A DNA stretch of 64,000 nucleotides from Mobula birostris (GCF_030028105.1 NC_092396.1:23499738-23563737); one strand, 5' to 3'. Shown: positions 1-12,871, counted from the stretch's first letter. The notes: generated from the sequence alone by a model not told the origin. Translations and numbers: made by a program.

Positions 1-574
1 TAGCGGCTATGGTGCCTTTTCTGTAATCTGAATCAATATGTTGAACCCAGGATAATTCTTCAGAGATATTGATACCCAGAGTTGCACATTCCATGGTTCC
101 CTGCTTGAATTTCTTTCTGTTTTCCTACCAATTACTTTAAAACTATACCCTTTGGCATTGACCTTTTAGTGAAGGGAAACCGATCCTTCTACCTCTGCCT
201 TAAATACTGTATTAACATTAATTAAATTATGCCTTTGCCTCTCTGCCAAATAAAAAATCTTTATCTACCCAATATTGTCCAGTCCTTGTAAATTTCATTT
301 GCAGTATATCCTCTGTAGAATGGAGAAGTGACCAATGAATAATTTCAATAAATGATGCCTTATTTAGTTATAGTAAAAGGATTCAGCTTGTCAGAGAAGC
401 ACTTGGAATATTTTGTTTCATTTCCTATTAATCTATTGAAAAGGGAATCTTATTTCTGTTACTTTTCCGTAATGTGGCAACTGGAAGGGTACTTCAACTC
501 TCAACTGACTGAAGTTTACTACCTACCTAAAAGATTCATAGTTTCTAGAGAAGCTCTGTATTAAATTCAATAAT

Positions 575-1212
575 TTAACGGCGGGAGGAGAGAGAAGCAG
601 CGTGCCGCGCGTGCGCAGCCCTCCGGTGAAAAATGATATCGTTTCTGTTAAATAGGGGCCGTGGGCAATTCTGATTTGATGGAGATGGACGTGAAAGCAC
701 AGAGGAACATCTGGAAAAATTTCTGAAACGCTCGTTAGCTGCTGTTGTTACTGCGTGGTCGGGAATCTTTCGGAGGGAAGGCCTCAAGATCCCCGGCTTT
801 GCCTGCTGTTGGTGACCGAGATGGAGGTTGAATTGTTTGGATAGAAGATGGCGCTCAGTACTCGGTGTCAGAGAGCTGATCAGAGCTTGAAGTTTTTGGA
901 TGACTCAGAGTCAGACCGTGGTCGGGTATGGCAGGGAGAATTTTTCTTCCTTCTCCTGTCTGCGTGAGATGTGGGACATTTGAGAGACTTTGAACTTTTA
1001 CTGTGCTCATGGACCTCTTCATCAAGTTATAGTATTGTTGCACTGTCGTAACTATATGTTATAATTATGTGGTTTTGTTAGTTTTTTTCAGTCTTGGTCT
1101 GTCCTGTGTTTTGTAATATCACAGCAGAGGAAATATTGTATCATTTCTTAATGCATGCATTACTAAATGACAATAAAAGAGGACTGCGTGTCTTCATAAT
1201 CTAATCTAATCT
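575..1212 (+). mobile_element. Non-LTR retroelement 3' portion with AATAAA and (CTAAT)n tail
   Basis: CpG-rich body ending in aataaaa...ctaatctaatctaatct; family not identified. Confidence 0.5.
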
Positions 1213-1317
1213 CTTGAACACCAAAGTTCCAAAATAAAGGAAATCACATTTGCAACACTCTTAGGATGTCCAAACTACTTTACAGTCACTGAGTTATTCA
1301 CCTTTTGCAGATCACCC

Positions 1318-1756
1318 TGTTGTAACATGAACAAAATCACTGGACAGATACTGAAGCTAGTGGATACAGAAGTGTTTTATTCAGCAAATTGAGACACTCT
1401 TGGAGGAAGAAGCCTCTTGACCCAATGTTACATGACATTTTTATATGCTAAAGATCAAAGGTAACAGCAGGACAATTCTATAGTTACAATGTATCTACAA
1501 TGCTTCCTTTGAATTACATATAGTTTCACACCTCCTTCTTCACACCCAACTCCAGACGCCCAAAATGAATGTTAATTAGCATTGTGTGGTTTGATATTAA
1601 CTCCAGTCCACAGCTTCAGGAAAACTATTATTCCGGGCTGCATTTTAAATTCTATCTGTGATCCAAATTCAAATCTGAAGAATGGCTGCTGTTGAACTTA
1701 ATATTTGTTATCTACTCAAACTCCAGAATATGACATATTAACCCTATATTACCACA
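1318..1756 (-). mobile_element. Candidate solo LTR
   Basis: TG...CA termini with imperfect inverted ends (TGTTGTAA / TTACCACA); TATA-like box followed by AATAAA on the minus strand; no TSD seen. Confidence 0.4.
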
Positions 1757-2706
1757 CATGAGTGAGGGTAAGAATTAGTAGAATAACTTGTGGCTGAGGA
1801 ATTGGTGCAAAGGACGGGGATCATTGGGATCCCTTCAGGGGAAGGTGGCCTGTACAAAAAGGACGAGGTACACCTGAACCTGAGGGGGACTAATATTTTT
1901 GTGGGCAGGTTTGCCAGAACTGTTGGGAAAGGTTTAAACTAATTTGGCAGGGGAATGCAAACCAGAGTGATAGGGCTGAGACTGGGGCAGTTGGTATACA
2001 AGTTTGTAGTGAGACTGTCAGAAAGGACAGGCAGGTGATAGGGCAAAATTACAGTCGGTGGGATGAGTTAAAGTGTAATGGGGGCCAAAATCGAAAAGGA
2101 TGATGAATAGATGACTAAAGATGCTGTATTTGAATGCATACACTATATGGAATAAGGGAGATGATCTTGTAGCGCAGTTAGAGATGAGCAGGTATGATGT
2201 TGTGGGCATTGCTGAATCATGCCTAAAAGAAGATCATAGCTGGGAGCTTAACTTACAAGAATACACATTATATCGAAAGGATAGGCAGTTAGGTAGAAGG
2301 GATGTAATGGGTCTGTTGGTAAAAAATTATCAAATCCAAAATGTAGAATTCTTGTGGGTAGTGTTAAGAAACTTAAAAGGTAAAAAGACCCTGATGGGAG
2401 TTATATACAGGCCTCTGAACAGTAGGTGTGGACTACAAATTACAACAGGAGATAGAAAAGGCATATGAAAAGGGCAATGTTGCCAAAGTCATAGGGGATT
2501 TTAATGTGCAAGTAAATTGGAAAAACCAGTTGGTGCTGGATCCCAAGAGAGGGAATTTTTAGAATGCCTATGAGCTGGCTTTTTAGAGCAGCTTATGGTT
2601 GAGCCCACTAGAGGAATGGCAGGGTGTTATGTAATGAACAAATTTAATTAGGGAGCTTAAGATAAAGGAACCCTTAAGAGGCAGTGATCAGAGTATGGTA
2701 GAATTC

Positions 2707-3099
2707 ATATTGGGTACTAGCCTCCGTAGTATCCAAGATGTTTTTAAGGAGTGGTGCACTAGGAAGGTGGAGTCTATCATTAAGGATCCCTACTACCCAC
2801 CACCTCTTCTCATTGTTACCATCCATAAGGACGGACAGAAGCCTGAAGGCACACACTCAAGTGATTCAGGAACAGCTTCTTCCCCTCTGCCATCTGATTT
2901 CTAAATGGACATTGAACCCATGAACACTACCTCACTACCTTTTTTTTTGCACTACTTAGTTTAACTTAACTACTTAATAGACATATATAAACTTACTGTA
3001 ATTTTGTTTTTTTTCTTTATTATGTATTTCATTGTACTGCTCCCGTAGTTAACAAATTTCACAACATATGCTAGTGATATTAAATCTGATTCTGATTCT
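2707..3099 (+). mobile_element. Rex1/L2-type LINE 3' fragment nested in CR1
   Basis: HHLFSLLPS motif; (GATTCT)n tail; GAATTC duplicated at both ends. Confidence 0.7.
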
Positions 3100-4148
3100 G
3101 AATTCGCCTGCAGTAAGAGAAGGACAAGCTAAAATCAGATCTATCAGTGTTAAAATGGAGTAAAAGGAATTACAGAGGCATGAGAGAGGAGATGGCTAAA
3201 GGATTGGAAGGGGACACTAGCAGGGGTAACAGGAGAACAACAGTGGCTGGAGTTTCTGGGGGAAAATTGGAAGGTGCAGGAAAGATACATCCCAAAGATG
3301 AAGAGTATTCTAAAGGGAGGATGGGGCAACCATGGCTGACAAGGGAAGTCAAAGACAGCATGAAAGCAAAAGAGAGTGCATGTAATATAGCAAAAATTAG
3401 TGGGAAGGTAGAGGATTGGGATGTTTTTAAAAATCAACAGAAGACAACTAAAAAAAAGGGCCATAAAGTGAGAAAAGATGAAATATGAAGGTAAGATTGC
3501 CAATAATTTAAAAGTGTATACCAAAAGTTTTTTTCCAGATATATAAAGAATAAAAGAGAAATGAAAGTAGATATTGGACTGCTGGGAAATGATGCTGGAG
3601 AGGTAGCAATGGGGGGACAAAGAAATGGCAGATGAGCTTAATAAGTATTTTGCATCAGTCTCACTAGCAGACAGCCAGAAATGCATGAGTGTCAGGGAGC
3701 AGTAGTGAGTGTTGTTGCTATTACTAAGGAGAAGGTGTTTGGGAAGCTGAAAATTCTGAAGGTAGATAAGTCACCAGGACCAGATGGAATACACCCCAGG
3801 GTTCTGAAAGAGGTAGCTGAAGAGATTGTGAAAACATTGGTAATGATCTTTAAAGAATCACTAGATTCTTGAATGGTTCTGGAGGACTGGAAAATTGCAA
3901 ATGTCACTCCACTCTTTAAGGGAGGGAGGCAAAAGAAAGGAAATTATTGGTCGGTTAGCCTAACTTCAGTGGTTATAAAGATGTTGAAGTCTACTATTAA
4001 GAATGAGGTTTTAGAGTACTTGAAGGAACATGACAAGATAGGCTAAAGTCACCTTGGTTTCCTTAAGGGGAAATCTTGCCTGACAAATCTGTTAGAATTC
4101 TTCGAGGAAATAACAGGCAGTATAGACAAAGGAGAGTCAGTGGATATT

Positions 4149-5319
4149 TAAACGCAAACAACAGGAATTCTGCAGATGCTGGAAATTCAAGCAACACACA
4201 TCAAAGTTGCTGGTGAACGCAGCAGGCCAAGCAGCATCTGTAGGAAGAGGTGCAGTCGACGTTTCAGGCCGAGACCCTTCGTCAGGACTAACTGAAGGAA
4301 GAGTGGGTAAGGGATTTGAAAGTTGGAGGGGGAGGGGGAGATCCAAAATGATAGGAGAAGACAGGAGGCGGAGGGATAGAGCCAAGAGCTGGACAGGTGA
4401 TAGGCAAAAGGAGATACAAGAGGATCATGGGACAGGAGGTCCGGGAAGAAAGACAAGGGGGGGGGGACCCAGAGGATGGGCAAGAGGTATATTCAGAGGG
4501 ACAGGGGGAGAAAAAGGAGAGTGAGAGAAAGAATGTGTGCATAAAAATGAGTAACAGATGGGGTACGAGGGGGAGGTGGGGCCTTAGCGGAAGTTAGAGA
4601 AGTCGATGTTCATGCCATCAGGTTGGAGGCTACCCAGACAGAATATAAGGTGTTGTTCCTCCAACCTGAGTGTGGCTTCATCTTTACAGTAGAGGAGGCC
4701 GTGGATGGACATGTCAGAATGGGAATGGGATGTGGAATTAAAATGTGTGGCCACTGGGAGATCCTGCTTTCTCTGGCGGACAGAGCGTAGATGTTCAGCA
4801 AAGCAGTCTCCCAGTCTGCGTCGGGTCTCGCCAATATATAAAAGGCCACATCGGGAGCACTGGACGCAGTATATCACCCCAGTCGACTCACAGGTGAAGT
4901 GTTGCCTCACCTGGAAGGACTGTTTGGGGCCCTGAATGGTGGTAAGGGAGGAAGTGTAAGGGCATGTGTAGCACTTGTTCCACTTACAGGGATAAGTGCC
5001 AGGAGGGAGATCAGTGGGGAGGGATGGGGGGGACGAATGGACAAGGGAGTTGTGTAGGGAGCGATCCCTACGGAATGCAGAGAGAGGGGGGGAGGGAAAG
5101 ATGTGCTTAGTGGTGGGATCCCGTTGGAGGTGGCGGAAGTTACGGAGAATAATATGTTGGACCCGGAGGCTGGTGGGGTGGTAGGTGAGGACCAGGGGAA
5201 CCCTATTCCTAGTGGGGTGGCGGGAGGATGGAGTGAGAGCAGATGTACGTGAAATGGGGGAGATGCGTTTAAGAGCAGAGTTGATAGTGGAGGAAGGGAA
5301 GCCCCTTTCTTTAAAAATA
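4149..5319 (-). mobile_element. Penelope-like element 3' part (GIY-YIG endonuclease and pseudo-LTR) nested in CR1
   Basis: ORF 4584..4910 GVIYC..C..CGLLYIGET.R.L; 12-bp TSD TCAGTGGATATT at 4137-4148 and 5320-5331. Confidence 0.88.
4253..4290 (-). ncRNA. Putative minimal type I hammerhead ribozyme (best-preserved copy)
   Basis: Minus strand reads tagtc-CTGACGA-agg gtctcgg cct-GAAAC-GTC-gactg: intact core, stem I AGTC/GACT, stem II AGG/CCT, palindromic ACGT in place of stem III. Confidence 0.7.
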
Positions 5320-6719
5320 TCAGTGGATATTGTTTATTTGGAATTTCAGGAGGCCTTTGAGAAGGTGCCACACATGAGGCTGCTTAACAAGATAAGAGCC
5401 CTTGGTATTAAAAGAAAGATACTAGCATTGATAGAATAGTGGCTGACTGGCAGAAGAAAGAGTCAGAATAAAGGGACCCTTCACTGGTTGGCTGCCTGTG
5501 ACCAGTGGTGTGCCACAGGGGTCAGTATTGGGACTGTTTCTTTTCATGTTATATGTCAATGATTTGGATAAAGGAATTGATGGCTTTGTGGCTAAGTTTG
5601 CAGACAATGCAAAGTAGGTGGAGGGTAGGTAGTGTTGAGGCAGCAGGATGTCTGCAGAAGGACTTAGGAGAATGGGCAAAAAAGTGGCAGATGGTCATGC
5701 AGTTTGGTAGAAGGAATAAAGGTGTGGACTATTTTCTAAATGAGGAGAAAATTCAAAAATCAAAGGTGCAAAGAGATTTTGGAGTCTTTGTATAGGATTC
5801 CCTAAAGTTTAACTTGCAGGTTCAGTCAGTGTTAAGGAAGGCAAAAGCAATGTTAGCATTCATTATGAGAGGACTAGAATACATAAGTAAAGAAGTAATG
5901 CTTAGGACTTATAAGGCATTGGTCAGACGGCGCTTGGGGTATTGTGAGCAGTTTTGGGCTTCTTATCTAAGAAAAGATGTGCTGGCATTGGAGATACTCC
6001 AAGAGGTTCACAAAATTGATCATAGGAATAAAAGGATTAACATATGAGGAGTGTTGACTCTGCCTGTACTTGCTAGAGTTTATAAGAATGGGGGGGGGGT
6101 CTTATCGAAAACTGTCATGCTGAAAGGCCTTGATAGAGTGAATGTGGAGAGGATATTTCCTATAGTGGGGGTGGGGGTCTAGGACCAGAGGGCACAGCCT
6201 CAGAATAGAGGGATATCCATTTAGAACAGAGATGAAGAAAAGTTTTTTTAGCCAGAATGTGGTGAAACTGTGAGATTCATTGCCACAGATGGCTATGGAG
6301 GACAAATCATTGGGTATATTTAAAGCGGAGATTGATAGGTTCTTGATTAATCAGGGTGTCAAAGGTTACAGGGAGAAGGCAAGAGAATGAAGTTAAGAGG
6401 AATAATAAATCAGCAATGGTGGACCATGCTCGTTAGGCCAAGTAGCCTAATTCTGCTCCTATGCCTTATGGTCCTATGATTAGGTAGTAAGAATCATTCT
6501 GTGGCAAGGCCTTCTGTGATGCAGAGGCCATGGTGGGTTCGGGGTTGGAGCAATGCGGCTAATGAGATGAGGATGAGGGGGAGGTTTGTTCAAGCCCCAC
6601 AGGAAGAAAGAATTTTTACAGCTTTCTTTCCTTCATCCCTGTATTCAGACAGCTGCCAAACCAATTTAAAGCTATAACAACGTAAACAGTTAAACACTTC
6701 ATACAAGTTGAAAGGCTAA

Positions 6720-7652
6720 GCACAGCTTAAGTACCATTTTTAAGTTTGCTAATGACGTTGCTGTTGGCTGAATCAAACTTGGTGAGGAATCTGCAGAGAG
6801 GAGGGAGTTTGAAAATCTGGGTGAAACTTGCCTCAACAACCCCTCACTCAACATCAGTGAAACCAAAGAGCTGATTATTGTCTACATAAGGAAGAAACCA
6901 GGGGCCCATTAGCCTGTCCTCATTAGGGGATTGGAGGAGGATCAGTAACTTTAAGTTCAACTGTGTGTTATCATATTAGAGTATCTGTTCTGGGACCAGC
7001 ACGTAAGTGTCATTTCAAAGAAGCACCTCTACTTTCTTAGAAGTTTGGGCAGATTCAGCATGTTCTCTAAAACTTTGCAAAACTTCTACTGATGTACAGC
7101 GAGAGTATCCTGACTGGTTGTATCACAGATTGGTATGGAAACACCATTGCCCAAGAACAGAAAAACCTACAAAAAGTGGTGAATGCAGCCCAGTCCATCA
7201 CAGGAAAAGCCCTCTCCACAAGGAGTGCTGCCACAAGAAGGCTGCATGCATCATCAGAGACCCCCCACCCCCACCATCCAGACCATGCTCTCTTCTCACT
7301 GCTGCCATTGGGAAGGAGGTGCCACACCAGCAGGTTCAGGAACAGTTATTACCCTTTTATCATCAGGCTCCTGAACCAGCATGGATAACTTCACTCTCCT
7401 CAACTGACCTGTTTCCACAAACTATGGACTCAATTTGAAGGACTCTAAACTCATTCTCGGTATTATTTATTTATTAGTTTTTAAAAATTTGCTGTTTGTC
7501 TTCTTTACCTCGTTAGTTGTTTGTCAGACTTTGTATGTAGTTTTACATAGATTCAGTTGTATTTGTTCTACTTGCAAGAAACTGAATCTCAGAGCAGTAT
7601 ATGGTGACATACAAACATACTTTGCTAATACGTACATTTACTTTGAACTTTG
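6720..7652 (+). mobile_element. Rex1/L2-type LINE 3' fragment
   Basis: ESILTGCITDWYGN, HPDHALFSLLP, RFRNSYYP motifs; actttgaactttga tail. Confidence 0.75.
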
Positions 7653-8019
7653 AATTCTCTCGACTCTTAGCACAAGTGTTACTCAAGCCTTCCTTATAAA
7701 TATACAGAGTTCCTGCAGTATTCAGACAAGAATTCCTGTTTTTGCAATCATAGCTCTCATGAAATGTTATCTGTTTGCACGTGATCCTTTGCAATATGAA
7801 ACTTGTGCAATCTCTTTTCCAAGAATAGATTGGTTTCACAGAAGTGGGATAGGAGGGGGCCGAGATACCCTAATTATTAGCCAATGTTTCCTGACACGCT
7901 TACAATCTCCCTAACCTCAAAATGAAGCAATATACAGCCTTTGAGAACAGGGAGGCTTAGTTCATGAGTTAAGGGGCAGGTAATTTTCTTAGATCTTTTA
8001 TTTTCATAAAACTTACATC

Positions 8020-9700
8020 ATACTTGACCACTTCATTTTCATCATGGATGTCCAGTCCCTATATACTTCAATCCCCCATCAAGAAGGGGCTTAAAGCTTT
8101 CTGCTTCTTTCTCAATAAAAGAACTAACCGGTTCCCTTCCACCACCACTTTCTTTGTCTGGCAGAACTGGTTCTCACAGTCAAACAATTTCTCCTTCAGC
8201 TCCCTCCACTTCCTCTAAACTCAGGTGGTAGCTATGGGCACCCAGGTGGGCCCTAGCTATGCCTGCCTTTTCGCTGGGTACATGAAACAGTCCATGTTCC
8301 AAACCTTCACCAATAATGCTCCCCAATTCTTCCTCCGCTGCATTGATGACTGCATAGGTTCTACTTCACACACCCATGTTGAGCTAGTCAATTTCATCAA
8401 CTTTGCCTCCAACTTCCACCCTGCCCTTGAGTTCACTTGGTCTATTTCTGACACCTCCCTCCCCTTTCTCGATCTCTCTGTCTCCATCTCTGGAGACAAA
8501 ACTGTCAACCGCCACCTTTTATGAACCTACTGATTCCCATGGTTATCTTGACCGTATCTCTTCCCACTCTGTGTCCTGTCAAAACGCTATACCTTTTTCC
8601 TCAATTCCTTCATCTCCACCGCATCTGGTCCCAGGATGTGGCTTTTCTTTCCAGTACATTAGAGGTGTCCTTCAAAGAACAGGGTTTCCCTTCCTCCACC
8701 CACAACTTCTCCATTTCCCAAACACCTGCACTCACCCCATCTTCTTGCTGCTTTAATAGTGGTAAGAGTTCTTGTTCTTACTTACCACCCCATGAGCCTC
8801 TGCATCCAACAGATCATTCTCCGCAACTTCTGCCATCTGCACCCCCCCCCCCGCCTTACGCAGGGATTCGTAAACATCCTGATGAAGGGTTCCGGCCCGA
8901 AAAGTCGACTGATCGTTTCCACGGATGCTGCCCGACCTGCTGAGTTCCTCCAGCATGTTGTGAGTGTTACACAGGGATTGCTCCCTCTGTGATTCCCATG
9001 TCCATTCATCCCTCTCAGCACTTATCCCTGCAAGTGGCCAACGTGCCCATTCACCTCCTCCCTCACCTCCATTCAGCGTCCCAAACAGTCCTTCCAGGTG
9101 AGGCTGTGAATCTGCTGCAGTCGTCTATTGTGTCCGGTGCTCCTAATGCTCCTCTACATTGGTGAGACCCATCATAAATTAGGGGACCTCTTCGTTGAGC
9201 ACTTGTGTTCCGTCTGCCAAAAGTGGAACTTCTCAATGGCCATTTTAATTCCAATTCACATTCCCGTTCCAGTATATCGGCCCATGGCCTCCTGTTGTGC
9301 CAAGATGAGGCCACACTCAGAGTGGAGGAACAACAACTTATATTCCCCTGGATAGCCTCCAATTTCTCCTTCCGATTAAACAAAAAAAATCCCTCCCCTC
9401 TTCTTCTATTCCCTATTGTGGCCTCTTACCTGTTCTCACCCACCTATCACCTCCCCCGGATCCTCTCCTCCTTCCCTTTCTCCTACTGTCCACTCTCCTC
9501 TCCTATCAGATTCCTTCTTCTCCAGCCCTTTACCTTTTTTAGTGTGGTGACTTCCCCCTTCCTTTCCAGTCCTGAAAGAGAATCTCAACCCGAAATGTCG
9601 ACTGTCTGTTCACTTCCATCAATGCTGCCTGACCTGCTGAGTTCCTTCAGCATTTTGTGTGTGTTGCTTTGGATTTCCAGCATCTGCACAACTTCTCATG
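8020..9700 (+). mobile_element. Decayed Penelope-like element (RT, GIY-YIG, pseudo-LTR)
   Basis: MDVQSLYTSIPH, AMGTQVGPSYACLF, LRCIDD, LYIGET motifs; degenerate hammerhead at 9567-9604. Confidence 0.82.
8869..8966 (+). mobile_element. 98-bp hammerhead-plus-tail mini-insert of Penelope origin
   Basis: CTGATGA-agggttccggccc-GAAAA-GTC-gactg plus tail; flanked by TTACGCAGGGATT / TTACACAGGGATT. Confidence 0.7.
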
Positions 9701-11294
9701 TTGACGGCATTCACGTCAGCCTCCACAGCTGAATGACTGCCAACTGTACCTCTCTGTCACTACGTTCATTCAACAGTCTTACATTATTAGATTTTTGCCC
9801 AACATCCAATTGTGAGGGAGTTGCAACTCGGTCTGATGCCTTTCAGTAAGTTCTTCTCTTTTGTTGATTGTGTTGTCTGAGGTTAAACAATGTTTTTTTT
9901 CCCTCTAAAATCACCTTACAATGATCTTACCTCTCTCTTTCTCTATTCCTCTCTAATCTTTCACCATGCCTCTATTTTCCCCAGATATCCATTCTATTCC
10001 ATGTCTCACGTATTCTCAAATTTAATTATTCCACTTTGGCAGGCATTCACTCAGTTAGTAATGCCTGTAATTCTGGAATACTCTTTCTGGATCTCTCTTC
10101 CTCCCTTTCTTTTTTTTAAAGAAGCTCTTTAAAACCTACTTACCTGTCTACTAGCTCTTTAACAAAAACAGAAAATGATGCAAGCACTCACCAGGTCATA
10201 AGACCAACTGAAGTAGAAATAGGAGATAGTCATCTCATCGTTCCAAGCTGTTCTGCTATTTATTAAGTTTATTGTTGATTGTCTACCTCAGTGTCTTTTT
10301 GATCTTTTAGTGAACACTTGTTGGGCATCCATTGTCCTCTAAGGTGCAGAATTCCATAGTTCATCAACCAGTGAGAGGGGAAATTTCTTGTTTTAATTCT
10401 ACTCGCTTTGAAATTGAGCCCTTTATCCCTCAATGCTCAGTCAGGAGAGCCATCTTCTCTGCAGCTAGCCCGCCAAGCCCTTTAAAGAACCTGTAAAGCT
10501 TCAATGAGATTCTTCTAAATTCCATAGTCCTGGTCCACATCAAAACCACTATCTCTGAAACCAGTTCCCTGAATCTTTCGTGCACTTACCTTAATGGTAA
10601 GTACATCCTATCTTACCAAAGCTGTACCCAATACTGAGTCTTACCAATGTACTAAACAATTGCAATACTGTACAACTTCCATACACTTGTATTTAAATCA
10701 TCCTACAATAAAGAACAAGCAGCTCCAATGTGAAAGAATCAGAGCCAATTTTTCAGACCACGGACCTGTTATCAGAAGTCAAAAAGTGAGACAGTAAGCA
10801 TGTTTTAAGTTTGCAAAGAGGAGGAGGGTATATTGGTTGATGCCCTATGTTTATTGTAAGCCCATTAACTTTCACAGCTATTTCAACTTCTTCTCTCACC
10901 CTAGTTCATGTGGGGACTCCATTCCCTCACTCAACGTATTTATTTACTCTGGCAATGAGACTTTTGTCATCAATGTATTTAAATTGTTTCCCCCTCTATC
11001 ACAGTTAACGTGGCTCTCAAAAGCATCTCCTCTTACTCCCACAATTTTGCTTTTATCCTTACCCATTGTTTTCTATGTTTACATCACCAGCTTCCATATC
11101 CAACAGTTCTCCACAATTTTCAGCAACTTCAACAAGATTCTACCACCATGTACTTCTTCCCATTCACTCCAGCTGCTCCAGTTTTTTTGCTCCTGTCAAT
11201 ATCCTCTTTTGTGATCCTGTCAATTTCTATTTGATAACTTCTCATGTAGATTCTTGGACTATTTTGTTCTGCTTGAAGTTGTTTTTTTTAATCG

Positions 11295-11465
11295 AGATCT
11301 TCCAGCCCTTTGAGCCTCGCTGCCCAGCAACCCCTGATTTAATCCTAGCCTAATCACAGGAAAATTTACAATGACCAACTAACCTACCAATTGATACATC
11401 TTTTTGGGCCATGGCAGGAAACCCATGCAGTCACAAGGGCTCGTTTACAGGTAGCGGCAGGAACC
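11295..11465 (-). mobile_element. Truncated SINE related to the copy at 51790-52045
   Basis: Shares cctgatttaatcc..cctaatca..ttacaatgaccaactaaccta and ggaaacccatgcagtcac with that copy. Confidence 0.55.
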
Positions 11466-11551
11466 ACATGCTGAAGCTTGAGGAGGCTATCAATTCAAAA
11501 TGTGCTTTAATAATGAAATCCACCAGACTATAATTGAAATTCATAATAAAA

Positions 11552-11557
11552 TTTATT
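11552..11557 (-). terminator. Candidate CASP9 polyadenylation signal (AATAAA on minus strand)
   Basis: TTTATT on plus strand about 1.2 kb past the stop, at the edge of unique AT-rich sequence; other candidates near 11872 and 11957. Confidence 0.4.
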
Positions 11558-12772
11558 TTACCACAATGTTTAGACAAGATATATTAATAACAAAATTTTA
11601 AAAAACCATTGCACAACAAACGTGAAACAAAAAAAAATAGTGGAATGAGCTCTTGACTATAGGGATATCTTTTGTGAGTCCTTTATGAAGTGAAGGAAGC
11701 ATAGAAACTGCAAACTTTACCACAATTTGTTAGAGGGAATGTCACTACTGGTATAAATACATGCAATTTTCTTTTCACATGAAAATATTCTATTCCTAAT
11801 AACTTTTGTACCTGCGTGGTGTGAAGTTATAGGTATCAGGTGGCTACTGCAAACTCCTCCTCCACGTTGTTTTTATTGAACCCTTTACCTCTTCCTTTAG
11901 AGACATTAATAGAAAGTGTTTCATTAGGTGGTAATTATGCCCTGCTCATTTTTAGTTTATTTATTTCATGCCTTACTATGACCATTGATGTACTGTTCAA
12001 ATAATGGAATTATCACAGCTGGACTCAATCCCACCTTCGAAGATCTGGCAAGGTTTATGGACAGCATTCATAATCCATCACCCAGCTTTTATCTCCATAT
12101 TTCAGGAGACTGAGACCATCATTACTACTACCCTAGTTAACACCAGCAACTCCCATTTCTCACATCTTGATTAGGGCGCAGAAATGCAAAGTATTACATA
12201 AAGTTTCAGTTCACAATTTGACGGAGCAGTACAGTGGGGTAATTTGTCCCTAATTGCTTATGAGTTTACTAATCCTCTGTGGTCCTTAATTGTTTGGAAA
12301 AAAACTATTTGATTCTGTTTTACTCTGTTCAACACTGCTCTTTCAGTACTATGTTATGAACTATTGCAAATAAATTTCAAGAATAGATCTGTGACCCCCT
12401 ACCAACTTAACAGCTAAAATGCTTGAAAAGACAATTTAATTACTTGTCTTTGCTGAAAATGTAAGATTCTTTTGGCAGTATTTTAACACAAATGTAATGA
12501 AGATGGTGCATATAGAAATTATCAAAATAACTGTCATCTGCGTGTTAAAATATATTCCATAATTAATTTGCATCTAACATCCTCCATTTTCTTTTACAAA
12601 AAAAAATTTAACAAGTTTTTTGCTGCAATACAAATATACAATCAAGATAGCAGTTAATCAGAACTCAGAATCTTCCTTTAAAACCAAGGTCCTGAGATGG
12701 GTTTGAAATTTTTTACATCCGGACAACTTCGTGCACGTCGTCATAGTCCTAAAAAGTCACTGATTCTCCTTA

Positions 12773-12871
12773 TTAAGAAAAGTAAAGATGTTTCCGAAGA
12801 AAGTTGAAAGAACCAGGAATCTGCTTAAACATGCCATTAGCTTCCTCATTTTCTGAAATACATCTTGTCAC
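12773..12871 (-). CDS. CASP9: Caspase-9 exon 9 (VTRCIS...KQIPGSFNFLRKHLYFS*)
   Basis: ttccag acceptor; KQ.PG.FNFLRK motif; TAA stop. Confidence 0.94.
   Translation of the reverse strand: MTRCISENEEANGMFKQIPGSFNFLRKHLYFS

Larger units (their letters stand above)
1790..6478 (+). mobile_element. Decayed CR1 LINE (end of ORF1 esterase, APE endonuclease, RT, 3' tail) with two nested insertions
   Basis: LYLNA..I.NK, KSPGPDGIHPRVLKE, FQEAFEKVPH motifs; frameshifted; cttatggtcctatg tail. Confidence 0.88.

Noticed and set aside
2121-6047. Intact reverse transcriptase or endonuclease genes
   Set aside because: Multiple stops, frameshifts and nested insertions; decayed CR1.
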